Shown here piece after piece: positions 36,908 through 48,868 of a stretch of DNA of 64,000 nucleotides. This DNA is from Podarcis tiliguerta (lineage: Eukaryota). Every line of letters starts with the position of its first letter. Positions within the stretch are counted from its first letter, which is position 1. A model generated the notes under the pieces. The model was not told the DNA's origin, ran no database searches, and saw only the letters and a list, made by a program, of their open reading frames with translations. The position numbers and the translations under genes are program-made. The stretch is taken from assembly GCA_965153285.1 (NCBI GenBank), contig OZ229114.1. The stretch is one strand, 5' to 3'.

Positions 36908-39502
36908 CTAAAATAAAATAAAAGGGAAGAGTTAGGGAGGAAAATACAAACACTTTGCAGAATTCAGGTGTCTTTGGCCTATCAAATGTTTATTGAAATA
37001 TGAGTTAAATAGCTACCCAATATTTTGTATATTTCTCAGGTTACTAAGCACACTGGCTTTCAAATTTTAAGCACCTGAATGGGCTTGTCAAAGAATTCAG
37101 ATATATACCTACATTGGGAGAAAAATTGATTAGCCTAATTCTGAAGTCAGCACTGCAACTGCAAAATCTGGGCATTGCAGAATCTTTTGGCTTGGATCAA
37201 GTGAGACCTGAAATCACGATGTGCTTTTAGAGTGCTGAATGGACAGAATCAGGGCCAGCCCGCCAAAGAGGCACAGTGAGGCAGTGTGCGGGGGCTTCAC
37301 CTGGCTGTCTCCAAATGTCGGGGGGGGGGCAGAGTGAGGAGGCACAGGGGGTCCTGCCTCATGTGGCAAAATATCCTGGGTCAACCCCCTGGACAGAAGT
37401 GTTATGTGCCACAGGTGCCAGCCCATGGCCAGAACAGCGTGGAAGCAAGTTGTTCCATGGATGGAAGAGATAAGATAAAGTAACAAGCAGTAGAAGCCAT
37501 AGTGATGCAAATTATAAGGGAAGAGGAAGATGAGATAGAGCCAAGTCTGAAAGCAATGTTTTCTCTGCATTGTGGGGCACAGAAGAGAGTGGGTAGATGA
37601 AGGCAGGAATTGGTGTCTGTCTAAATCAGGAATGGAACCTATTTGTCATTGATTAAAATTTGATTGTCCCACACTTTGATGTAAAAACTTTAACAACAAC
37701 ACTTTTTAAAAATCAGGAATAGAGAACTCCGTGACCTTCCAGATACTGGACTCTAAATTCCATCAGCCAAGTGTTATTCTTTCTTAAATAGGGATAGCAA
37801 ATTTGTTAGCTTCTGCCTTGCAAAACAGCCCTCATGCTTTCTCAGTCACAGATTTTATGAAATGCTTCTAATGCTCCTTAAAGACATCTTGTATATACTG
37901 GAAAATTTAGAGCATTGCAACAGTACTTTTTTTTAAAAAAGCAAGCCACTAAACACTGCTGGATCACAATGGGCTTTTTTCACAACAAGTTCTGGAAGAT
38001 TTTGAAGATACAATTCATACAGAAAATGAGACAGTTGATTCTTTAAAAGGGGAAGTTTAGTTAAAATTGCAACGCTTAAATAGGAAGTCCCAGGATTTTT
38101 ACATGTGAATTGCATGGGACGTTTTGTACAGGGGAAAGGCTAAAAGCCTGAAGTAAGATATAGGTAAGACTCAAACTTCAAATAAATTTAAAATGTTATG
38201 ATATTTAATGTTTTACTCTGTGTGGAAAGCCATGGACTTATTAGAAAGCTGACTATTTTAATATAGCAGGGAGAATGAAATTGGACACTTCTGCTTACAA
38301 ATCTACTGCAATTGCTCATCAGAGATAATACGGGAGTTTTCTAATGATTTGACTGGAAACTTAAAGGCACAGCTCCTCAAAGCAGCAAAGCCAAAATTCA
38401 TACAATTAAGTCAAATGAATTAATTCTTACATGAGTTAAAATGCAGTAAGATTATATGTCTTCAGTATAAAAGCACTAGGTTTTTTGCTGTTTGAAGTGT
38501 AAAGATGGATTAAACTTCTATTTCAAGTAGTGAATAGCAGTAGGCAATAGATATAGCACAACAAAAAAATAAAGCACTTCTCAAATTATTCTGTGCCTTT
38601 GCTTTACTAAATAAATTCTTCTATTTATGGAATATCGCCATTTGGAGACCAGGACTTCTACCTATTTAAGTATGGGCACACTTTCTGAAGACAGCAACTC
38701 TCTAAGTTAAATAGGCATAAAACACAGAAATCATTCAAGAGAATAAAAATTTGAGACTGAAATTCATGATAGTAATATACAAATTTGTTCTTCAAAAGTG
38801 TACCAATCCTGGTTTCTAGGAAGAGGTTGGGGCATTTTACAATCCTGGGTTCTGGGGAGAATCTGTCTAAATTATTAAATTATAATTTTCTAACATTGTA
38901 GTAATTTAATACACTGCATTATAGTGTTTTGGTCTGGTTTGGATGCATACATCTTGCCTTATTAAGACAAGACAGGGATGAGCCTTGTGCCCAAACACTT
39001 AAATCAACTTCAAACTATGGTTTATGGTGTGATCTTGTTCTAATCCCAGTAATCATAGTTCCCCAGCTTGGATGAAATTGAAACAATGGTTAATCAATCC
39101 TGGAAGTTTTCAATTTCAGTGCACCTGAAAGAGAATGGGGGTGCACCTCCCTCCTTCATGTGCACCTGCCAAATGAGGGAAGGTGGGCAGCTACCATGGA
39201 GAGGGTCTTTTCAGTGGTGGTGCCCCTGTTACAAAGCATGCTCCACAGAGATGCTCCCCTGGCAATTTGCATCAATAGGGAAATGAATGGGTGGCTTGGG
39301 GACAAAAGTTCTCCCTAGATTGTAACACACAAACATGTCTACAAGTAAGCCTACCAAAAATAACTGCTTAGATGAAACCAGGGGTAGAAACAAGTTTTTG
39401 AGTTTTCAAACTAAAACCTGCCTTGTAGGAACAGAAATAAAAACAGGCGAAGGCAGAGAATGTATACAAGGCAGAGAATGAATACAAGGAGCAATTAATA
39501 TA

Positions 39503-39764
39503 CAGTGGTACCTCGCAAGACGAATGCCTCGGAAGACGAAAAACTCGCAAGACGAAAGAGTTTTTCGTTTTCTGAGTTGCTTCACAAGACGGATTTCCCT
39601 ATGGGCTTGCTTCGCAAGACGAAACGTCTTGCGCCTTTTTTTTAAACCGCCAATGCATTCCTATGGGAAACCGTCAATACACAGCGGTGCTTCGCAAGAC
39701 GAAAAAATTCACAAGACGAAAAAACTCGCAGAACGAATTAATTCCGTCTTGCGAGGCACCACTG
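39503..39764. mobile_element. MITE family C (CGCAAGACGAA internal repeats)
   Basis: TIR CAGTGGTACCTCGCAAGACG/CGTCTTGCGAGGCACCACTG, TA flanks. Confidence 0.85.
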
Positions 39765-39842
39765 TATCAATGTGTATTAATGTAAGAATACACACCAACT
39801 TTTTAGATCAAATTTTGAAAAGAAGAGCTTGCAGCTACCAAC

Positions 39843-39974
39843 CTGAAAAGATCTCCAAATTTGCTTCTGAGATGGCTACAGGACATGTAGAGATCATAGA
39901 GATAGGCTAAAATACATCTTTCTGGGGAAGAGCATTCTGATGGATTAACGACGTGTTTGACAACACCACATAAT
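39843..39974 (-). CDS. MED12L: MED12L coding exon (~ex21), [43 protein letters not shown]
   Basis: 132 nt, ORF 39803..39997, AG/GT, phase 2->2. Confidence 0.94.
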
Positions 39975-41017
39975 CTGTAAAAAGAGAAGAAAATCATTCA
40001 GAGTTGATGACGGGGAGAGAGGTAGAGTCCCTTCATATATTTCAGAGCTGAGAAGTTTAACACTGTGTGTTCCTAAATCACTGAGCTTCCAAGCCAAAGG
40101 GGGATGATGTTTACATCTCATCCTATATAAAGAGCTTTCTTTCCCTTTTATCTCACCATCACTTTTTTCCAATGCACTTGGGAGTCCTTCGGATTGTTTA
40201 GTAAGGAAAAGAAAATGCACCATGGACTTCCCTACCTATAAGCATGGGGCTTTAATTAATTTGATCCTCTCTAGAGCCTAATAATTGTGGTACTTAAGCG
40301 GAAGGAGATGAGCGTGCCTAGCACACAATTCTCATCAATCTCATACAATACGACAATTCTCAAGATTCCTTCAGAGGAATCTATTAGCATTAAACCACTT
40401 CCAAAAATAAGTAGAAGATGTGTAGTTTTAAGGAAAATAAACTGAAGCACCATTATCCAAATGCCAGTAATCAAAAATTTCCTAATTCATCCAACAAATC
40501 CCAGTATAAGTCCCTTTACTAATTACATTTGAATTCCTGAAGGAGTTCAGAGCATTCACAGAAAGGAGTTCAGAGCAGGCACACGGCCAGCTCCTCAGGG
40601 AAGGTGAGGTTACATGCACACTAGCCCATCTGAACCACAAAAATGTAGATTTTCTCAATCCGGAATCATCCCTGCTTATCCTCAACATGCTGTGTTCAAT
40701 CTAGATTGATTCTAGATCCTGTCGTCACAAGGCTAGGTGTGGTTACTTGATACATGTTTAGAAACTTTCCCCTTGATTAGGTTATCTACTCCTTTTCCTC
40801 CCCGCACATGCCTCAGGTGAATGAAGAAGGAAGTGGCAACAGCATATACACATTAGTCAGGTGGCCCACCCATTGCTGGGACTGCCAACTCTGTTTTCAC
40901 CTGAACACACTGCAGCGTAATGCATAACCAATCTGCAATGTGCTTGTAGTTATTAATTTTTTTGAATGAAATTAGATTTGCAGGAACAACCTAGATCGAG
41001 GTTGTGTTTCGACTATG

Positions 41018-41267
41018 TAGTGGTACCTCGGGTTAAGAACTTAATTCGTTCTGGAGGTCTGTTCTTAACCTGAAACTGTTCTTAACCTGAAGTACCACTT
41101 TAGCTAATGGGGCCTCCTGCTGCCGCCGCACCACCAGAGCGCGATTTCTGTTCTCATCCTGAAGCAAAGTTCTTAACCCGAGGTAATATTTCTGGGTTAG
41201 CGGAGTCTGTAACCTGAAGCGTATGTAACCTGAAGCATATGTAACCTGAAGCGTATGTAACCCGAGG

Positions 41268-41269
<2 letters not shown>
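41018..41269. mobile_element. MITE family B copy, right end lost in (AAT)n
   Basis: Same internal sequence. Confidence 0.8.

Positions 41270-41300
<31 letters not shown>
41270..41300. repeat. (AAT)n microsatellite
   Basis: Direct reading. Confidence 0.9.
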
Positions 41301-41593
41301 TTATTATTTGTACCCCGCTCGGAAAGCAATTTCCCCAGTCTTCACTGATTCTATAACAAAATGTCATGTATATGCAGGCTGAGAGATAAAGGTGCATCAG
41401 GTATATTCCCGTTCTTTACTATAATGGCAACAGCAATGTACATTTGCATTCCTGGCTATACAAAAGTTTTGTGTTTTCCACAGACTTTTCAAGCAATACT
41501 AAACACTGTTTGCAAACTGAGAATGCACTAATTCTAGCATGTAAGAAAGCTATTAACATTGTGAAGTCTAAGAAAAATATTACCACTACAAAC

Positions 41594-41757
41594 CCTTCAA
41601 AAACCTGAGCAGTTTGGTCTGGATTCAGAATGAGGCAAGCATGGTAATGTCTCAGGACAGCAACGATGCAAACACACAATCCTGTTGTGTAACTTCCTGC
41701 CAAGCTGGAGGACTTCAAGAGAAGCTCAGCTTCCACCACACTCAGCTCATTCAGCAG
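41594..41757 (-). CDS. MED12L: MED12L coding exon (~ex20), [54 protein letters not shown]
   Basis: 164 nt, overlaps ORF 41419..41739, weak GTTTGT donor, phase 0->2. Confidence 0.93.
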
Positions 41758-42604
41758 CTGAAATTAAATATATACATATATATGTCTTGGTTACATAAGC
41801 CTCCCAGGCCCCCCCAAAAAAACATAAAAGGAAAAAAGTATTAAAGGCAGATATAATGATGCAATGCCTCCTTCCTGCTGTAAAGGAGTAGAAACATGGA
41901 AAGGAGATAGAAAAAGCACAACACTGTTTTTCATCATGATAAAAATAATTATGTCTAGACCTGGATTCAGGTTCCTAAACATAGGAAATGAAATGTAAGC
42001 AGCCTTCAAATAAGTTACTGTAGAAGTGCAGGAGATTTTGTTTTGTTGCCCTGGAAAAACCCTTGGCTTCGTCTATCTCCATGGAAGAAAAGCATAGCAT
42101 CTGAAGCAGTTCTTTAAAAATATAAATGAAAGCTGTTTGATATAGCAGCTTCTTCAAAAAGGATTTTAGTGTGAAGTACCTTAAAGTGGTGGTACAACTT
42201 AGCACAAGCACTGTAAGAACTGGCTTGGCTCTGCAATTGATGTGCTGCTTGCTACTCGAGTCATGGGCAGAGCAATCCAAATAGCTGGTCCACCACGATG
42301 GACAGGGTTGAATAAGGCAGAAGTACCTTATTTACAAATCAGTCCCCTAACAAGATCCATTGAAGTTGAAAAGTGTCCCCGGATTCATTGAAAAAAATCT
42401 GGTAACCTTACCTTTGTTACATACTGCAAAGCACTTACTATTATTGGTGCCAATTGTGGGGGTGGGGGGAACCGATTAGGCTTTTTTGTGCTGAAATTCT
42501 AAAGAACATTACTGAATTTTTATTGTTTTATTTGTGAACGAACTTTGAAGCTGCTCTTAAAGCTGGGATGGAAATAATTTAAATGAAGAAATAAGTCCCA
42601 TTAC

Positions 42605-42748
42605 CTGAACAGCAAAGTCAATAAGCCCATTGATATTTAAAGCAGGCTCCATTAGATCAAAGATAAGCTGTATGTGGTGAGCCAATGGAAGATGATATGA
42701 TGTCCCTGAAGCAAAACTAGTAATCTGTTCCAGAACATTGTTGGAGAT
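42605..42748 (-). CDS. MED12L: MED12L coding exon (~ex19), [48 protein letters not shown]
   Basis: 144 nt, AG/GT, phase 0->0. Confidence 0.95.
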
Positions 42749-44608
42749 CTGTTTAAAAAAATAAATAAAAATGGAACTGCCAGTAAATTAAAGCACTGCA
42801 CCAGCTGACGTACCATCATGCCTACAATCACATTCATTTGATTTGTTGTTTTGGATCATTTCCCTAAAGCCACAAACAACAAGTGCAACAGCAAGTCTTC
42901 TGTATCCTGTCCTCCCCCATGAGTCCCCAAAATCTGCTCCAGAGGATCTCACCACCTTTTGGAGGGTAGAAGGAACAGAAACGGGAGAGGAAACTCCATT
43001 TCATGCACCAGTGAAGCTACAGCCACTGGATACGGACCTGAAATTATACATCCATTTGCCATCCACACACCTGCCAACTGAGAGTAGCAGCTCATGCATC
43101 TAGTTCACGAAAACCTATGCCATAACCAAATCCAAGGTGTCAGAAGACCCTTCGCTATTTTTGCCAAAACAGTCTAACGGGGCTACCCGGTGATGTAGTG
43201 AAGAGGGAATGCAGGTGAATGCTGCTCCAGGACTCCCCCCCCCCCAACAGCAGGAGCAATAACAACATCTGCCAGAGCATCGGGGTAATTAATGGCTCCT
43301 GCTTATTCTGACCAGTGAATACAGTGTTAATGAAGCTTGCAAATTTCTGACAGATTAGCACAGAGGAAGTAAGAGAACGAGGAAATCCAACCAGAAGAGG
43401 CTGGATACTTCTTTCCTTTTTATTAATGGGGTTCCTACTTCATGCTACCTGCTTAAATGGGAACACCTCTTTGCATGACCGTTTGTATTTCTAATTGAAA
43501 TCTAAAGGTCACTTTTCAGCTGGCTAAGGATAGTGCTACTGGTCTTCCTTGTGAAATCCTAGAATTGTTCCAGTCTTTCTTGCCTCCACTTCAAAGTGCA
43601 CATAAGGAAGTTATTAATGTGCAATGCATCCCAAGAAAACCACTGCTCCAAGATAGACTAACACAATTGATCCTGAAATAAGAGATTGCCTGCCTAGATT
43701 TCTGATTTATACACTGATTGCCAAAACATAGTGGAAGAACTCCTGATAAAAGCTTGCAAATATGCAGCATCTCTTTACCAATTCATTTGACATGCCGGCA
43801 AGAACCTCCAGCTTTTACTGACTGCCTGCGAGAGCCTTTGGAATTTTGAAATCTGGTTCTGGCTGTTTTTTCACGTGGCCAACGTATGTATCAACACATT
43901 CTTAAAAACATAGCAGCTGTGGAATCTTACTTAAAGAGACATGTGGTGGAGACCATTAGCCACAGTTTACATAGTGATTATATGAATTGTCATTAAAAGG
44001 CTCTATGAGGCATTCCTGCGGCAAAATAAACCATATGTGATTGCAGACTGAATTCTCTACAGATTTAGCAAGATACTAGTCAGGCTGCTCTGTAAGCCTG
44101 GAACTTCTTCCCCCTTCTTCCTCCCTCCCACCCACCCTTCCAAAGCCAGACTGAAGAATCTCTTTGCAACACATTCCTTTAGGAATGCATTTTCTGAAAG
44201 CACACAAAAGGCCCATTCATACTGTGTGTATACCAAGCTTCCTGTACCTCCATTAATTCTTGTCCATTTGATGTTCTCCTCCAAATCACCACACACCTTC
44301 CCCTCCCTCAATCCAATTTTTCTCATACCATGGAGTCTCCAACAACTATGATAACATCTAGACTGAGGGACAGCAAAATGTGGGAAAGTGACGAGTTGGA
44401 GGAGAACCTTATATGGACAATGGATAATTAATGCAGGTACAGGAAATGTAGCATCCACATTAAACAACAATATAGATGAGCCCCAAATCTCTACTCTTCC
44501 ATCTTCCTCCTTTCCCCCCACTTTTCTCCTGTTCATGCACACTTTATATTACGACTGAAACTTCAACACAGAAATGGAAAAGATTGCAATTTCTACAGTG
44601 GAAAATAC

Positions 44609-44727
44609 CTGACATGTCACTTGATGCTGATCGAAGTATGAAAGCTGTTGCAGTTTTGTAAACACAGTCTCTAATGTCGGAAAGGTTTCCTGTTTGTTCT
44701 TCCTGACTTTCTGCCCTTCTTCTCCAG
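44609..44727 (-). CDS. MED12L: MED12L coding exon (~ex18), [39 protein letters not shown]
   Basis: 119 nt, AG/GT, phase 1->0. Confidence 0.93.
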
Positions 44728-45207
44728 CTAAAACATTTTTTGCACAGTTTACGGCAAAGTCTAATCCAACAAAGATTTATTTGAGAATAAAAAACATAAA
44801 TTTTCATTGCATGAAACATTGGCAGGGGAAAACTGCAAACACATTCTATATTTAGAACGTCATTGTTTTCTTTAGAAGACTGAACTAAATATATTTTTTA
44901 AAAAATAGCAAACAAATTAATTTGGTTCTAAAGCTTGAGCATGAGAGCGCAAGTTCTTATCAAGAAGGCTATTAACACCGATACATACTTAAGTTGTTTA
45001 ATGTGTCATGAAAGACAGCCATAAATATAGTTTAATTGGTTTTTGTGTCATGCTACATGAAAAACAACAGAAAATATTTGGCTGCCTTGAACAGGATAAT
45101 TCAGACATGATGATTCTGCAGAGTTCACAAGGGTGCTTCTCATAACTCCCTCTATCCTGGTTTTAAAAGGACAATGAAAGCTCAGCAATGGGCATTTGGG
45201 TAATTAC

Positions 45208-45355
45208 CGCTTGTTTCTGTAGTGCTTTTCTTATTTAGGATTTTCAAGATATCTTTGGTAATCTTCTTTAACTGATGCCTTGCCTCTTCACGTTCCTTGC
45301 CAACACCATAAAGAAGAATCATGCGCTGGTTACATTCATGACTTGAAGATTCATC
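45208..45355 (-). CDS. MED12L: MED12L coding exon (~ex17), [49 protein letters not shown]
   Basis: 148 nt, aag/ acceptor, /gtaatt donor, phase 0->1. Confidence 0.93.
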
Positions 45356-45823
45356 CTTTTAATCAAAGAGAAAATACAATAAATCAAGAGCAAGCTGGAC
45401 AGGAAACAGAAAACAATGATATCTTAGTAAAGAATTGTGAGAATAATGTAGTAGGACGAGGTAACGTTGGATGAAAAGCTGTTGAAAAAACAAATTGGAG
45501 CTTTGCTTAACATGTTGAAAAGTGTATCTCAGGGACTTACATAAAGAGAAAGCAAATCTTAACCAAGTGTAAATGTCATTTATTTGTTTATTACATTTAT
45601 ATCCTGCCTGTCCTCCAAGCAGCTGAAGGTAGCAAATGGGTTGACCTCCCCATTTAATCCTCTCAACAAACCTGTGATATAGATTAGGATGAGAGACAGT
45701 GGTCTCCCAGTGACTCCAAGGTCAGCCAGTGAGGCTCATGGCTGAGTAGGGATTTGAATCCTGGTCTCCCAGGTCCTAGACCATTATTCTAACCACCACA
45801 CCACAGATGCACACATACTTGTA

Positions 45824-46054
45824 CAGTGGTACCTTGTGTAACAGACACTTCAGGTTACAGACGCTTCAGGTTACAGACTCCGCTAACCCAGAAACAGTAC
45901 CTCAGGTTAAGAGTTTTGCCTCAGGATGAGAACAGAAATCGTGCGGCGGCAGCAGGAGGCCCCATTAGCTAAAGTGGTACCTCAGGTTAAGAACAGTTTC
46001 AGGATAAGAGCGGACCTCCAGAACGAATTAAGTTCTTAAACTGAGGTACCACTG
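45824..46054. mobile_element. MITE family B copy
   Basis: TIRs and TA flanks. Confidence 0.85.
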
Positions 46055-47759
46055 TATATAAAAAAGAGGCTCATATACAAACCGAATGCACATATTGCTT
46101 TCGCATTTCATTACTTTAACTGAATTTTATTCCTTTCATAAGTCACTTCTCTTTTTATCTATTCAATACATTAAATTAACCACAGGGGAGGAGGTCATTT
46201 TGAATGGGGGTTCCGTTCCTGACCTCCTTGCACATCGGCAGAGCGTGCATAAGCCCGCGCTGCGCCATTTTCAGGCCACTTCCGGTTCAGCAGTGATGAG
46301 CATGTGCGTGGTCTCGTGTCAACCAGACACGCATAAAATGGCCACGGCTTGCACTACTATTAAATTCCACCTATTTGTAACTGGAGGATTGCCAAGAAAG
46401 CCCAACTTGGTTACATCTCATTTCCAAAAGAGGACATTCTCAGAAATGAGTGGATTATTTGCAGGGAAGCTAAAAGATAAAAGGCCGCTGTGAGGAAAAG
46501 GATGCTGGAAATAGATGGGCCAGCAGGCTCATCTTATGGTCTTATGTTCCTGGACAGATTACTGCTCTTCGTGGGACTGCAGCTACTGCAGAATGCCACT
46601 GCCTGATCTCAACTCACAACTCCAGATTTCTTGTGAACTTCTGGGCCTAGTACATAAAGCTCTAAACAACATGGAACCCAAGAACACCCCAGACATTGCC
46701 TTCTCCAGCTACTGCCCCATCTATCTATTAAAATCTGCTGAGAATGGCCTACTTGTTATTCTGACTGTAACTTCTGTTGGGCAGGGCAATGACACAAGAC
46801 GGGGCATTCTCGGTGGTGGCCCCTCGCCACAACTGTGGAACTCCCTCTCAAAGGACACTCGGTTTCCCCCCACCTCCATCTTAGCCTCATTTAAGCATTA
46901 ACTGTAAACAAAAACAAAAACCACACAGCCAGCCCCTTGGAACGTGATTTACTTTCTTGATGTTACTGCCATTTTGTATATTTATTTTATTTATTTGTAT
47001 ATGTCTCCAACACTCTAACTACTCTATGCCATGCTGGTTTATGATGTTATGATGCTGTTAACATCTTTTAAAATTGCATCATTAGCCACCCTGTGCCCCT
47101 ACTGGGAGGAAATGCAGGATACAAGTATGAGGAATAATGGTAGCCCTGGCTCTGAAGAGGTGTCCAGTTTTCTCAATTTCCAGACTCCTGTTCTGTTGTA
47201 AATTTCTCTTGAGGATTTTAAAGTGTTAAGGAGGTTAGTTTCTGCATAGTGCAGATCAATAGTAATCTTGTTCAGTTTGCACAGGGACGGATGAGTTCTA
47301 CAGAAATACCATCTCTTTAAAGTGATAAAAATTGCCCTAGCAACTGTTGCCTAGGCAAACAATACTCATTTTTAAAAAGTATGGCACTGCATCTATTCTG
47401 AAAGGGATGTAATCTTATCTTCCACAAATCAGAGGGACATTTATTATGTTAATGTGGTTAAGTTGCACAACCTAGTTCCTGCCAAAAAGCTTTTAAATTA
47501 CATTATGGTGTGTGCTTTTTGTTTTGCAGAACTGTTACTTAGCTGATTTACATTGGAGGGCGAATGCCAGAATCTACTAAAGCTGATCTCAGAACTGTTC
47601 TAGGGGAGCACCATAGACTTCAGTGTGTCTACCTTGGAATAATGGGATTGTACTTTGCAACATATACATATTCTTTTCTTAACTAAAAAAAATAAATATT
47701 TCCTTTCGGGAGAAAGAAACTGAAGCTGTCACTCGGAATTTGAAACTGCCTCTATTCCA

Positions 47760-48025
47760 GCTGCTTAAAATCAGAGAGCATCCTAAGGACTTAAGCCCAG
47801 TGCTTCCTCTTTGCCTGTTCTGATTCACTCGCTTGGGCTGCTTTCTGCATGGGACGGATATTTTTTTGCTGATGAAGTCTACTAAGTGAATATTGCCTCA
47901 TGACAATCAGTCACACACCTAGACAAAAAGAGAAGACAACTGAGAACAGCACACTTTCACTTCCAGCAAATGCAACCATCCAAAACAAGAAAGCCCAAGT
48001 CCTCTTTTTTCTGCAGCTGATCAAG
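47760..48025 (+). promoter_or_regulatory. Candidate P2RY12 promoter / non-coding first exon
   Basis: PU.1-type AAAGAGGAAGCA (rev, ~47801-47812), ETS-IRF composite GGAAGTGAAAGTG (rev, 47952-47964), donor AAG/GTAACT at 48025. Confidence 0.45.
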
Positions 48026-48429
48026 GTAACTTTATAATTTCTACTGTAATTTTTATTTGCCCCTGCATTCTGTACATCAGCCAGTTACTTATTTTCCTGC
48101 TATGTTTCATGCAAACTTTATTGTGCTATATATATATTTTTAAGTCCTGCAGTGTCTAAAAAGGCACGAAAGCTACAATGCTTGTGTGCCATGTTTTGGT
48201 GTAAAATGCTAGGCAACTATCAGTTGTAGAATTTACAGAGGGCCAAGTATGCAACTATCATTTATAGAGGTCAAATATATTTAATGTGACAATCACCTGC
48301 ACTTATAGCTGAAAGCAAACATGAAACATTCCTGTTTCAAACAGTAATTTATTTAGGCTATATAGATGTGCAGAAAAGGGGAAAAAACACAAAGATTAGC
48401 TATCTTTTACATAGTTGTAGACATTCTAG

Positions 48430-48657
48430 TTCGAAAGCACATCAAAGTGCAAGTAGATAAATAGGAACTGCTCTGGCGGGAAGGTAAACGGCGTTTCTGT
48501 GCGCTGCTCTGGTTCGCCAGAAGCGACTTAGTCATGCTGGCCACATGACCTGGAAGCTGTACGTCAGCTCCCTCGGCCAATAAAGCAAGATGAGCGCCGC
48601 AACCCCAGAGTTGTCCGCAACTGGACCTAATGGTCAGGGGTCCCTTTACCTTTACCT
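48430..48657 (-). mobile_element. Sauria SINE, truncated
   Basis: Reverse complement of the 5' part of the family. Confidence 0.85.
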
Positions 48658-48734
48658 AGACATTCTAAAAGCATGCATACTGCCACTTCTCTGCTCGTTT
48701 GTTCTTGAAAAATTCCACTTAATCTTAAAATAGC

Positions 48735-48868
48735 TTGGGCACTTCTATAGTTTCTAATGTTTTCTGCTTGAAAATGTGTGCTAAGCAGATTTTGTAATAA
48801 AGCTACTGTAAAATGAGGAGTGAAGCTGCGTGGAGCTAATCGCCTTATAAATATTTTGACATCTCCAG
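48735..48868 (+). other. Candidate P2RY12 5'UTR exon (5' boundary uncertain)
   Basis: Consensus donor CAG/GTAAGT at 48868, about 3 kb upstream of the coding-exon acceptor. Confidence 0.4.

Larger units (their letters stand above)
700..45355 (-). other. MED12L: MED12L gene, partial (27 coding exons in window; gene continues beyond both window ends)
   Basis: Exons read manually join in frame with consistent phases (4140 nt, 1380 aa). Peptides match MED12L ([11 protein letters not shown]..., [42 protein letters not shown]-rich C-terminus). Nested P2RY12/P2RY13 synteny distinguishes it from MED12. Confidence 0.97.
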
